A stretch of DNA of 64,000 nt from the human T2T-CHM13v2.0 reference genome, Homo sapiens. Made by a program: the position numbers and the translations under genes. Below the pieces are notes generated by a model. It ran no database searches. It worked only from the letters and a program-made list of their open reading frames with translations, and was not told the origin of the DNA. Positions 1-11,365 of this stretch are shown here, piece after piece. The DNA is taken from assembly GCF_009914755.1 (NCBI RefSeq), contig NC_060934.1; one strand, written 5' to 3'. Numbering within the stretch: the first letter of the stretch is position 1; each line of letters opens with the position of its first letter.

Positions 1-90
1 AATGGTAGGATAGCTACCCAAGAAGAGAGCTGGTATAAAGTAAGGTAAATTCTCATATGTGATAGCTGTAAAATAATAAACTCAAAATTA

Positions 91-821
<731 letters not shown>

Positions 822-3800
822 TTACTTCTGAGTACGGCAGTGAACTGTTGGTTTCATGATATGCTCCATTTGATTATTAACTATGTATTTGATAAAATTA
901 ATTTTAATAAATTAACCACATAAATTCACATGTATGTATCTATATGCTATTTTAGCCATGGTAGTGACCAAAAAGAAAAAAATCAAAATAAAGCAAATAT
1001 GGATGTGTGTAAATCCAATTATGTAAATTTTACTGTATTCCTCTTTTTTTTTTTTCAAATTCCAAACTCACCTAGAGGTTATCTAGGACTACTACATTAG
1101 CTTAGCATAAAAAAATACTTTAAGAACATTCTACATTTGCATGTACAGTTCACCTGAGTGAAGTTACTTGAAGAGACTAATTCCTTTAAGCAGCTTCTGC
1201 AGCATGAAGTGCTCAGAACTCACTCCTAGTCCTCACAGAGGTGGGAGTGAAAGGATTGGCTGAGAGCAAGTCTAGCAGATGGGACATTGGAAGAGGGCAG
1301 GCTTGGGTGAAGGTGCATCAGATCCAGAAGGTAGCATGAAGGCAGTTAACACCTGAAGGCAAAAAAGTGAGGTGGCTGGAGGCACAATACTGTTTTGCTT
1401 TTTTGTATTGTAGTTATTGCCTATGCTCCTTCTGACTGCTACTTAAAATTCTGTGCTACATGTGGAGTTTTCCAAATGTGGTGTTTTTAGATGGCTGGAA
1501 AGGAAGGAAAATCCAGGTGCTTTAAAAATCATATGGAGCTCATCATTTGACCTCACAATATATTTTGTAAAAGGACTTGTAGTTTTTTCCAATGTAGCTA
1601 ATTTAGTAAGACCCATTTTTCTTGAATTCCCAGTGGCAAATTACTCAGGATTTGTTAGAAGGACAAGTATTTCTTCCTTGAAGCAGTACTAGGGTTTAGG
1701 ACTTTTGTTGTTTAAATCTCTGGAGCACTCTAGGAACCCTGGTCTCAGCTTTGCTTTTTGGAGGCAAAGGAAAAATGATCTCCTGGTTTACTTTTGGAAT
1801 CTGCAAAGCAACTCTGAGGTCCCAGGTGGATTTAGTGTTTGGAAAAGGGAACTTGGGGGACTGAGGTTGACCCTGAGCCCCCAGGTCACTGTTCACGTTT
1901 ACAAAAGCAAACCTGGTATCCCCAATTGCTTTTCTCTTGAGGTTGGCTTAACTTTATTTATCTTCTGTCCTGGGTCACTGCCCCTGAGGTGCTTCAAAAG
2001 CAAAACCCAAAAGACCCAAAACAAAGAAAGCTAAATCAGATTCAAGGAAAAAATGACCTGGCACTGTGGGTTCACTTTTAAAAAGGCAAAAAGTCACTTC
2101 AAGAGTTTCATAGAATAGTTTTAAGTCTGCCTAGATTCATTGTGTCATTTGTACAAAGTGATCTCAACAGGTCTGAAACCCCAAGTTCCTTGGGCATGGA
2201 TCGAGAATGAGTCTGTAGGATGGGAAACTGTCAGCAAGCTAAATGGGTTGACACAAATGAATTCCTCAGTGATTCTGAAGTGATTCAACTATTTTGAGCA
2301 TATAAATGGGACCACCCATGTAACACTTCTTTCCTTAAGCTGATCTTTGTGTTTGCTGGACACACACAGGGAATGCTGAGGAAGTGAAATGTACAACTCA
2401 CTTACAAATGTTGGCATACACCCACTTTATGTTATCAGATTAGTTATGAAGGGTATTTTTGAATCCTTGGTGAAAAAAAACTTGGAATACTAATTTCAGA
2501 TAATCTTACAAATCATGATGAGGTAGAACTCAAGCACATGATTTTGCCTTTTCATTTTTATATCTTCTGTACTTTGCTTACTTCCCAAAAGGATTTAAGG
2601 TGGAATTACTTTACTTGACTATTGGAAGAAACCCATTTATAAAGCTTAATACCAATTTTCATTATCATATGCCTGACTTTATCCTTTAATAAGTAATTGT
2701 AAAATTGCTTTTGGGTAATCTGGGGAGATTTTTGTTTTTGTTCATGTTTGATCTACATCTTTGAACTTCAGGTGTATGTGTTAACCAATAAATACACCTG
2801 TTGAGACCATGTCCTACTGTTTATTTACAAGACTGAAAGAGATTTTGTGTGATTAATAACAAACATATTATTTGTGCATTGCCATCTGAAGGAAGCAAAA
2901 CTTAAGTAGAGAAGTGAGATTTTTCATAATGTAGATCTTAATATTAAGAACATAGTGCATCCTGTGAAGCCTAACCAATTGTGAGAGGCAGTCCGCAAGG
3001 CAGTGACTGTTGGGGTAGAGTGAAGGCAAGTATTAGTGTTTGTACCTGGCAACACCCCAGTTTCCCCTTTTCTACCCATCACACTCTGACTCCAAAGCAA
3101 TCATGTTCTTTTAAAGTCATCCCAATCAAAGACCAGGGTCATCTTGGTCGGAACAGGCATGGATAGCTGCCTGTGGAAATGGGTTCAGTCCATAAAATCT
3201 GGCCTGGCATAATGTTAGGTGGGACCCAGGAATAAAGTCCTGGTTTTTTGTTTTATCCTTCACTTCAATAGAACTGAATTATAAAAAGTGAAAAATGACC
3301 TTATAATTGTTATGCATGAAGGAGACTGATAGACAATTCAGAAATATTAACGCTACTTTCTCCAGGAAGATCATTTGACTTACTTAACGTTAGACCCAAT
3401 GCTGTATCATGATGGAGTCTCTCCTCTTTATCAATACCCCAGTGAAAAGCTGGGAGAGATACAGGGATGTCACTTCACTATATTCACTTGCCATAGTTTG
3501 CCTGCAAGCCAACATTGGCCTTTTTCAGAGAGCTATCAGCATAAGCTAAAGTAGCCCGTACTTATAAAGCCTAAGAAAAAAGCTCCCAAGGAAACTTGGA
3601 ATAATGGTCTGGCATCATCATTTAATCAGTTATTTCCTGAATATCTACTGAGTGGTTAGACTGTGCTAGACACACTTTATGAGCTTGCCTGCCCAGTTTT
3701 GAAGTTTGTTTCTATTTACTTGTTCCAGCAGTACAATGCATTTGAAAAATCCTTACACACATGAAAATGATAAATGAGAATATGAGATCAACATGCTTGC

Positions 3801-4089
3801 TGGCTCCATCTTTGCTCTCTGCCCATGTCCATGTGTAGTCTTTGGGACACAAACACTGAAATGTCTCAGCCATTGGATCTTCAGTCATTGGATTCATAGA
3901 CTGAGCGGAATGAGCAGGCAGTCACCAGCTTCTATATAAGTTAATGGTTTCTATTTTATTCTATATTAAAGTGATAGTAGCTTCCTCATGTGTTACTGTA
4001 GTTTAAATTACTAGGATTCTGTGTGAATAGCTTTTCTTTATAATTTCTTCCATGTTAACATCAAAAGATTACTGCTTTATTCCTATCTT

Positions 4090-4210
4090 ACAATGTAAGC
4101 TCCTTGAGGAAAGAGATTTTGTCTTGTTCCAATGCTGTATCTCTGGTACCTAGCACAGTATCTAGCACGTGATAGGTGGGGAGTCAATATATGTTGAATA
4201 AATAAATGAA
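4090..4210 (+). mobile_element. L2 3' end
   Basis: aatgtaagctccttgagg...cctagcacagt...gttgaataaataaatgaa, typical of the L2 terminus. Confidence 0.7.
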
Positions 4211-4896
4211 TCTTATGTAGATCATTGGCTTTTTTGTCTGCTTTGGCAATTAATTCCTTAACCATTAATTTGCAAATTCGTGCAGATTTCTACAGATACC
4301 TGTAAATTAACTGTGTACAATATGTATTTCTATAAATATTTATACAAAGATTAATGTCAATATGAAAGCATATAGATTTGTCTACATATGGGCAGGTAGG
4401 TTTAATTTTGTGGTTCCTGTAATTTCTGCGGATTTGCACATAAGAGATTTGCATATGAGTATCTGACCATATGTGAACATTGTAAGCATAGTGTTTCTTT
4501 ATCCAGGACAGTCTGGTCTTGTGCTGTAAAAGAATCAATTCTGTATTCACAGTTGGAGTTGGTGCGGGTTTTTCATTCATTAAGTCGGCTCCTCCTTTCC
4601 CACTTGGGGGTAAATCAGCCTAGAGAAAAAGAGCCTTAAGAGGTTGCTTTCTGCTGACACTGTGCATTGCACATGCACAGTTGTGCAAATACACACATAT
4701 ACCTGAAAGAAGAATCCTTGAAAATGAGGCTTCTGTTGACAACTCTGTGAGGGGTGTTCATTATTGAAATTTATTTTAATATATAAATATATAAACCTTA
4801 TTTATAACTATAGTATTAACACATATCCATTGTAGAGTATTACAAAAATAAAATAACAGTTAACCTTAATCCCACCACATAAATGACAATCATTCT

Positions 4897-5033
4897 TTTT
4901 TAAAAATTACTATTTTAGAGGTGAAGTCTCATTATGTTGCCCAGGGTGGACTCTTAACTCCTGGGCTCAAGTGATCCTCCCGCCTCAGTCTCCAGAGTAG
5001 CTGGGACTACAGGAACACACCACCATGCCCAGC
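4897..5033 (-). mobile_element. FLAM/Alu monomer
   Basis: Single Alu-arm homology (tgttgcccagg...tcctgggctcaagtgatcctcc...ctgggactacagg). Confidence 0.8.
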
Positions 5034-6816
5034 TTATAACCAGCATCCTTAACGTTTTTGCAAATTTTCTTCCAGTCTTTTTGGATGGGTTTTTATGTAA
5101 CTTAAGTAGCAACATTTATCATAAACATTATCCCAAGTTATTTAAAATTCTTTGTAAACATTAATTTTAATAACCACATGATAGTCATCATACAGATAGA
5201 CCTCACTACTTAACCAGTCTCTTAATATTGAGATTTAGGCTATTTTCAGTTTTTGATAACACAAATAACATTTTTGAGATTAATATCTTTGTGCATAAAT
5301 TTTTTTCTGTTTCTCGAAGTTGCATTCCAAGAAGTAGGATTGCTGAATCAAAGGGAATGGCCACTTTTATAAGGTTCTTAAACACATTGCAGAATCACAT
5401 TCCGGAGACGTTATACTAATTTACACTCTTACCATCTGAGTGTATGAAAGTAACTTTTCCTCTTTGTGAAAGGAGGGAAAAATGTGGCCAAACAACAGTT
5501 AAAAATTACACAGAACTTTAAATAAGTTCCCTTTTCTTTTTCAGACAGTATATTCTTTAACATTGTCTCAGTATAGTTTCTATCCTAGTGTTTCAACTGT
5601 TCAACTGTTGGTATGGCCCAGAATGGTATCTTGTCCGAAAGAAAATAGAGTGGCTTTCCATAGTTAATATTTTCATTATAGAATTTTCTGCCTGTTGCAA
5701 GAAAATCTCTATTAATACCTGTAAATTGGATGGGGAAATAGTCAAGCAAGTTCTTTACCTTCATCAAGAAAAGCTAGTTTCTGGTGACCTTTCTTTATGA
5801 GGTTTTAATCACCCCAGAGTTTTATCCCTCTCAGAGTCAGTGGTCGGCTCTTGTATCCCATGAGTAAATGCAAATGTTTCCTCCATTTGAAAGCAAAACC
5901 AGTAAGACCCCTTACTTATAAAGTGAGTTAAAACAAAAAGAAAGAATATAAAAACTAAAGGAAGGTAGTAAGTAAAGCATTTAGCTTTCTGAAACAATTC
6001 AAATGGGGATAGGAAGTTGGTTTTAAATGGCTTAAAGGGGATTAGGGTTTTAAAGTTGGATAAAGAGTTTGGTGCTTAGGTTTAGGCATGGCATTGCTTT
6101 TAAAAGATTACTTCCATATTTGACAATGATTCTAACTGGAGATTATAAAGTAAATAGTCAATTTTAAGACACCACGGGAAACAAGAGGGTTTCTTTTTTG
6201 TTGTTGTTTGTTTATACAAAATGGTAGCCTAGAGTTAACAGGCTGAATCCTGAAGCCCTCATTTCATAATACTACAGAGGATCTATCACCAGAGAGAATC
6301 TAGCAGAGGTTGTTTAATGCACTTAATTGAGATTATCTGAGCTTTTGGTTTAAATTACTTTGGAAAAAGTCTTAGGTGCAAACAGCGTCCTTGAAAGGTA
6401 AACATACTTACCTCTAAGAAAAAAAGGTTCAATTTAAGTTCTTTAAAATTCTTCATACAGGTTAGTAGCACCAACCTTTATTAATTAAATCTGGGTACTG
6501 ACTAATGCATAAAGATAAAATTTCTATACATCAGTACAAGGGTTAATATATTAACATTGTTTTCATTATTTTACAATTATTTGAAAACATGAAGTATTTT
6601 ACTAGAAAACAACCCCTGGCATTTTTAGTAATTTCAAAGTAAAAAGATCTATTTTGATTGTAAAGTACAGTTAATGAAGTTTTAAAAATGAATTTCCGTA
6701 TTCTGTTCCATCTAAGAAGCAAGCCATATTAAAATGGACCAAGGATAGCATATAATTTAAGTATTAACTGGGTAAATAATCAAAAGTTGATTTAACATTT
6801 CCCCCATCTTTCGCAG

Positions 6817-6929
6817 CTCCTTGACCTGTTTATGGTTTGGGATTGGTCTACTTACCTAGCTGATTATGGGCAGCCAGCTTCTAAGTACCTTCGGGTGAAT
6901 CCAAACACAGCCCTTACTCTTTTGGAGAA
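6817..6929 (+). CDS. EXOC6: EXOC6 (exocyst component 6, Sec15A) penultimate coding exon
   Basis: tcgcag| acceptor and |gtgagt donor; translates LLDLFMVWDWSTYLADYGQPASKYLRVNPNTALTLLE(K), matching the Sec15 C-terminus; ends in phase 2. Earlier exons lie outside the window. Confidence 0.95.
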
Positions 6930-8116
6930 GTGAGTATATTCTGAAAACTTTTTTGTATAACATTTTAGCACCTTTTGATTCAGTGATAAACTGAAGAACT
7001 AGAGATTTCTGTCAAAAAAGAAAAGTCTAGATGGAGCTTAAAAGCTCACTCTAGTTTAATGACCAAAAAATAAGCTTTTCTTTCTTGCCCTTCAGAGTTG
7101 GTGTAGTTTCATAAGCAACTGCTGTTTATATTGATGTGAACAAAACATCTTTCCTTTTGTATCCTGAATTGCAAGCTTAATTGACCTTAGAAATATGTTT
7201 ACTGGGGATGTGACAATTGGAGCTTTCTTTAAAAAAAAAAGTCTATAACTCAGGAAAGAAGGTATTTTGTCAAATGTGACCAGGAATTGGAATGTTTGCC
7301 ACCAGTGTTACCTAAATCTTAGCATTATGGACTTGGATTCTTTGCAGGTAGAGAAATATGTGATTTGAAAAAAAAAATACAGTAAAAACTGAGGTAATAG
7401 GATTTACTGATGCATCTTGTCCAACTAAACATAAATTTAGGTGTTAACTTTTCCCTCTCATTATGTGACAGACTTTTTCTTTACTCAATCATATTTCATT
7501 TAAAATGTCACTATTGGGAGACTCTCTGAATCTGCTGTGATTCTGGGGGCTGCTGGATAAGAAAAATAAAAAAGTATCACTATTAAAATTTTCAATTTTA
7601 AATTAAAATTGTTATTATTTTCCTATATTTCAAAATATTTGTGGTGTATTTGATTTGAAAGGACAAGAGGAAGTGTTTAAAATAAATGTAAATTTATTTT
7701 ACAATGCCATGAAATGCAACTGAGGCAAAAACATCGCTATTTTACATTTTCTAATGTTATTTTCCTTTCACCTTATCTTGCTATGAATATGATTAGCAGA
7801 GTCTATACAGGGTATGTATTTTAGCATACTTTGTGGAATAATATTAGAAAATAGTATGATAGTAGTAAACCTAGCATATTTTAGATGTACATACTAATGC
7901 AAAAATACCACTTAACATAGAATGTAAAATAAAGCTTCTAATTTTTTGCATGGTTACTATATCTGTATGTTTATTTAGTATCTACTTTCTTTGAACTATA
8001 TTTTTCAAGCATAGGATTAGTGTGGGATAATTCAGAGCATGCCAAGATATTTTACTTGTGACAGCTTAGCTTTTAATTTTCTTTTACCAAGCTTCTTCAT
8101 TCACATATGTTTCTAG

Positions 8117-8249
8117 GATGAAGGATACTAGCAAAAAGAACAATATATTTGCTCAGTTCAGGAAGAATGATCGAGACAAACAGAAGTTGATAGAGACAGT
8201 CGTGAAACAGCTGAGAAGTTTGGTGAATGGTATGTCCCAGCACATGTAG
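8117..8249 (+). CDS. EXOC6: EXOC6 last coding exon
   Basis: ttctag| acceptor completes AA|G; translates MKDTSKKNNIFAQFRKNDRDKQKLIETVVKQLRSLVNGMSQHM, TAG at 8247-8249. Confidence 0.95.
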
Positions 8250-9390
8250 ACCTCACATGGCTTGCACTCAGTGACACCAAATCCATGATTCAATGTTGAT
8301 CTTGAGCAAGTATTGGTCATGATACAGTAATTTGTTTACAGAATCCAAAAATACAATAGAGAAGATACATGAGGGCTTAAACAAGAAATAGTAATAAATA
8401 TCATTTGTATGGATTTTTAAATAATCGAATACTATTTTATATATGGAAAAAAATGACCATTTTTTCACTTTTAGGGGAAAATGCAAAAGTGTAATACATA
8501 AATTGTCACAAATTATACCTGAAATTGATTACAAATACATTTGAAAAACATATGCCTCTACTCATAAGTATTTTTTTCTATTTAGACTTGAATGATAATC
8601 TGTTTTTTGATCAGTATATGGCTTTGGAATTCAATCATGTCTGATATGGTAGTATTTCACTACCATTTTCTGACTTTTAGCTTTTATTTTCACCTCAATG
8701 TGATTTAAGCAGACCAAAATTTCTAATTCTGCTAATTCTGAAGGGGAAATAGACAAATCTTAAAAGCTGCCTGAAATCAAACTTGATTTAACTCAGTAAG
8801 AATGTGAATTATTTGTTCTACTTGGGTGGTTTAATTTAATCGTTCTGAATATGAACAAAAGGTTTTGGATTTTCTAAAGATGCAGTGTTGTTTCTGTTCA
8901 TCAGGGTTAATATTTCTAACTATATTGCTTGTAGGTGACCCCATTCTGGATTTGTTTGGTTTGGTTTGGTTCCAGTTAAAAGAGAGGACAGGAACTAAAT
9001 GGGGCTAACCACTTCAGGTGCAGCTTGTGCGAGGGTAGATGGTTCCTGCACACAGAAGTTACCACAGGGGTCAGGTTACTTTCTTCAAATAGCAGATTTC
9101 AGTACTTTATCCTCATTGTGGAAACAAGCCAAACCAAATGAACTCTGGAAAACCTAAAACAAATGTACATTTTCCTTTGTGTATGTTTCTGTGGTCCAAA
9201 TGGCAATATAAATCCAGTCTTTATTCTCCCTTTGTTGTATTTATGCTGAATCTTCCCTTTGCCTTTTCAGGATTTAGGCCTGTAAGAAACTATGCCTGAT
9301 TCTGTAAAATAAGTGTAAAGAATTATATGTACATCTCTGGATTTTGTGATGAAATATTAAAAATATTGAGCAAGTTGTTGAAAATGCATT
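8250..9390 (+). other. EXOC6: EXOC6 3' UTR with candidate polyA signals
   Basis: AT-rich unique sequence after the stop; AATAAA 8393-8398 and ATTAAA 9356-9361. The 3' end is approximate. Confidence 0.7.
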
Positions 9391-9490
9391 ACTATTTTGT
9401 CTATTCAGAGCTTACTGATTTAAAACAAGTGCTTCCTGGAGAAAAGGCATATTATTTCCTAGTTACTGGAATGGGAGTGGCACCAAAACA

Positions 9491-9502
9491 GTATATATAC
9501 AT

Positions 9503-9535
<33 letters not shown>

Positions 9536-9546
9536 CATATGCGCAC
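9491..9546. repeat. (TA)/(CA)n compound microsatellite
   Basis: gtatatatacatacacacac...acatatatatacatatgcgcac. Confidence 0.95.
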
Positions 9547-10539
9547 TTGTTCTCTCGATCATCTCTTAATCCAAAGTATTTAATGTTTTTAAAAATATTA
9601 CATGAAAAGCATGGTAGTTCTTCAGGCACGGTGAAATCTGGAGGAGAGGAGCGGTGAACAGCTAGCTCTCTTTGAAGACTGGAATGGGGCTGCCCTTCGC
9701 GCCTTACCCAGCCTTCCAGCGTACTTGGGGTGTCTTCCCTGCTTTGACTGAGACGTCCCGGGATTCAGAGAGATACTGCCTTTGCACTGCCTGGAGGAGA
9801 CCACTGTGGGACCTCTTTACTCTTACCAATAATATAAACACCCTGCACCCCTCCACACACACCCCAGGTTGCACTGTAGGGACAAGAACGAGTGAGTCCT
9901 GAGGCATTTGGAACCCTTGAATGGGACGCACAAAGCCCAAAACGCAACAATGTAGATTGACAAGAGTCGTCGGGCAAACTCGGGGGAGGGAGGGAAGGAT
10001 GTGCAGGGAAGGATGAATTCGGTCCTTGAGACCGGAAAGGTGCTCGTGGGTATCCGCTTCTGGAGGCTTAGGACGTCTTTATGAAGCCTAGGGCAGTAGT
10101 GGAACTGCCATCTTTGGAAGGATACCTGACGTGGTAGATCAGAGAGCCGGGAGAGGTGGGGAGCTGTCGGAGAATCTCGGCTGCGCTATCCCTCCTGGGC
10201 TTTTGCGATGCCAACGCAGGCGTCGACGACTGCAGTTTCCCTGAAATAGTCGGAGCAAAGGAGAGAAAAGCCCAGTTCTTTCACCTTGGAGTGGCGAGAG
10301 AAAGGCACCTAGAAGCTCGAGGGCGGGGACGGCAGAGGGAGCTAGCGGCCGGGGGTGGGCCAGGAGCACTGCGGGGCGCAAGCCCGGGTCAGTTCTGCGC
10401 GTTGGGTTCGCCCACTTTCTGAGCGCCTGCGAAGAGCGGGGAAGCTCTGGCGCGAACCCGCAGGCCCCGCCCGAGGACGCTCGCGGGGCGAGCCCCCAGC
10501 CCAGCTCGAGCCGCCCCGGCGCCTGCCACTCCCTACTCA

Positions 10540-10700
10540 GAGCCCCTCCGTGAGCGCGCCGCTGCCCACCGCCTCCAATCACCACTCTGCGTGGAGCGCT
10601 TTAAATATGCAAAGACACGTCACGTTGTGTGAACCGGGATCGGTCCGTAGGGGGGGAGCCAATATCTATATAAACGTGTCCAGCGTGGGCCAAGAAGGGT
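10540..10700 (+). promoter_or_regulatory. CYP26C1: CYP26C1 core promoter (CCAAT, G-run, TATA)
   Basis: CCAAT ~10575 and 10659-10663, G-run ~10650-10656, TATATAAA 10667-10674 within a CpG island; predicts a TSS near 10696-10700. Confidence 0.65.
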
Positions 10701-11161
10701 TAAACGACTGGAGGAGGGACAGGTGGGGCGGGGGTCTGCAGACCAGGTTGGCAACACTGGTGAGTTGCTCTTCTTTCGCCCTCCTTCCCTTCTTCTATCC
10801 AAAGGGTGCTGAGCCCGGGAGGAGGTGGGAGGTGCCCCGCGGAGCCGGGAGTGAGCGTTCCCGAGGCAGCAGGCACCTTCGAGAGGGACTGGCATTTGGG
10901 CCCAGGAGCCAGGAAAAAGTCCTGAGCGTGCCGGCCTCGAGGAAGGCACGTTCCCTAAGGGCGCACGGTCACTGCAGTCTTTCACCGTCCGTCTGTTTTT
11001 AGAACAGAGTTCTGGCCTGAGCTTATAAATCTCGGGCTTTGCCCCCAAACCCCAGGCCTTTTGCGGACGGAACAGGTGAGCACTGCGCACTGCTCGCGCC
11101 CCGGTTCTTGCGTCCCCTGCTCTCCCTGCGCTCTGAGCGGCCTGGCCCCCGCGGGCTCATC

Positions 11162-11365
11162 ATGTTCCCTTGGGGGCTGAGCTGCCTGTCAGTGCTGGGG
11201 GCGGCGGGCACTGCTCTCCTGTGCGCGGGCCTGCTGCTCAGCCTGGCCCAGCACCTCTGGACCCTCCGCTGGATGCTGAGCCGGGACCGGGCCTCCACCC
11301 TGCCTCTGCCCAAGGGCTCCATGGGGTGGCCCTTCTTCGGCGAAACGCTGCACTGGTTAGTTCAG
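11162..11365 (+). CDS. CYP26C1: CYP26C1 exon 1 (coding part)
   Basis: ATG 11162, [13 protein letters not shown]...HWLVQ, donor cag|gtgagc; 204 nt. Confidence 0.96.

Noticed and set aside
10139-11090. Several 150-215 aa ORFs on both strands at the CYP26C1 promoter; a possible divergent lncRNA
   Set aside because: CpG-island artefact ORFs. A divergent transcript is plausible, but I cannot define its exons from sequence alone.
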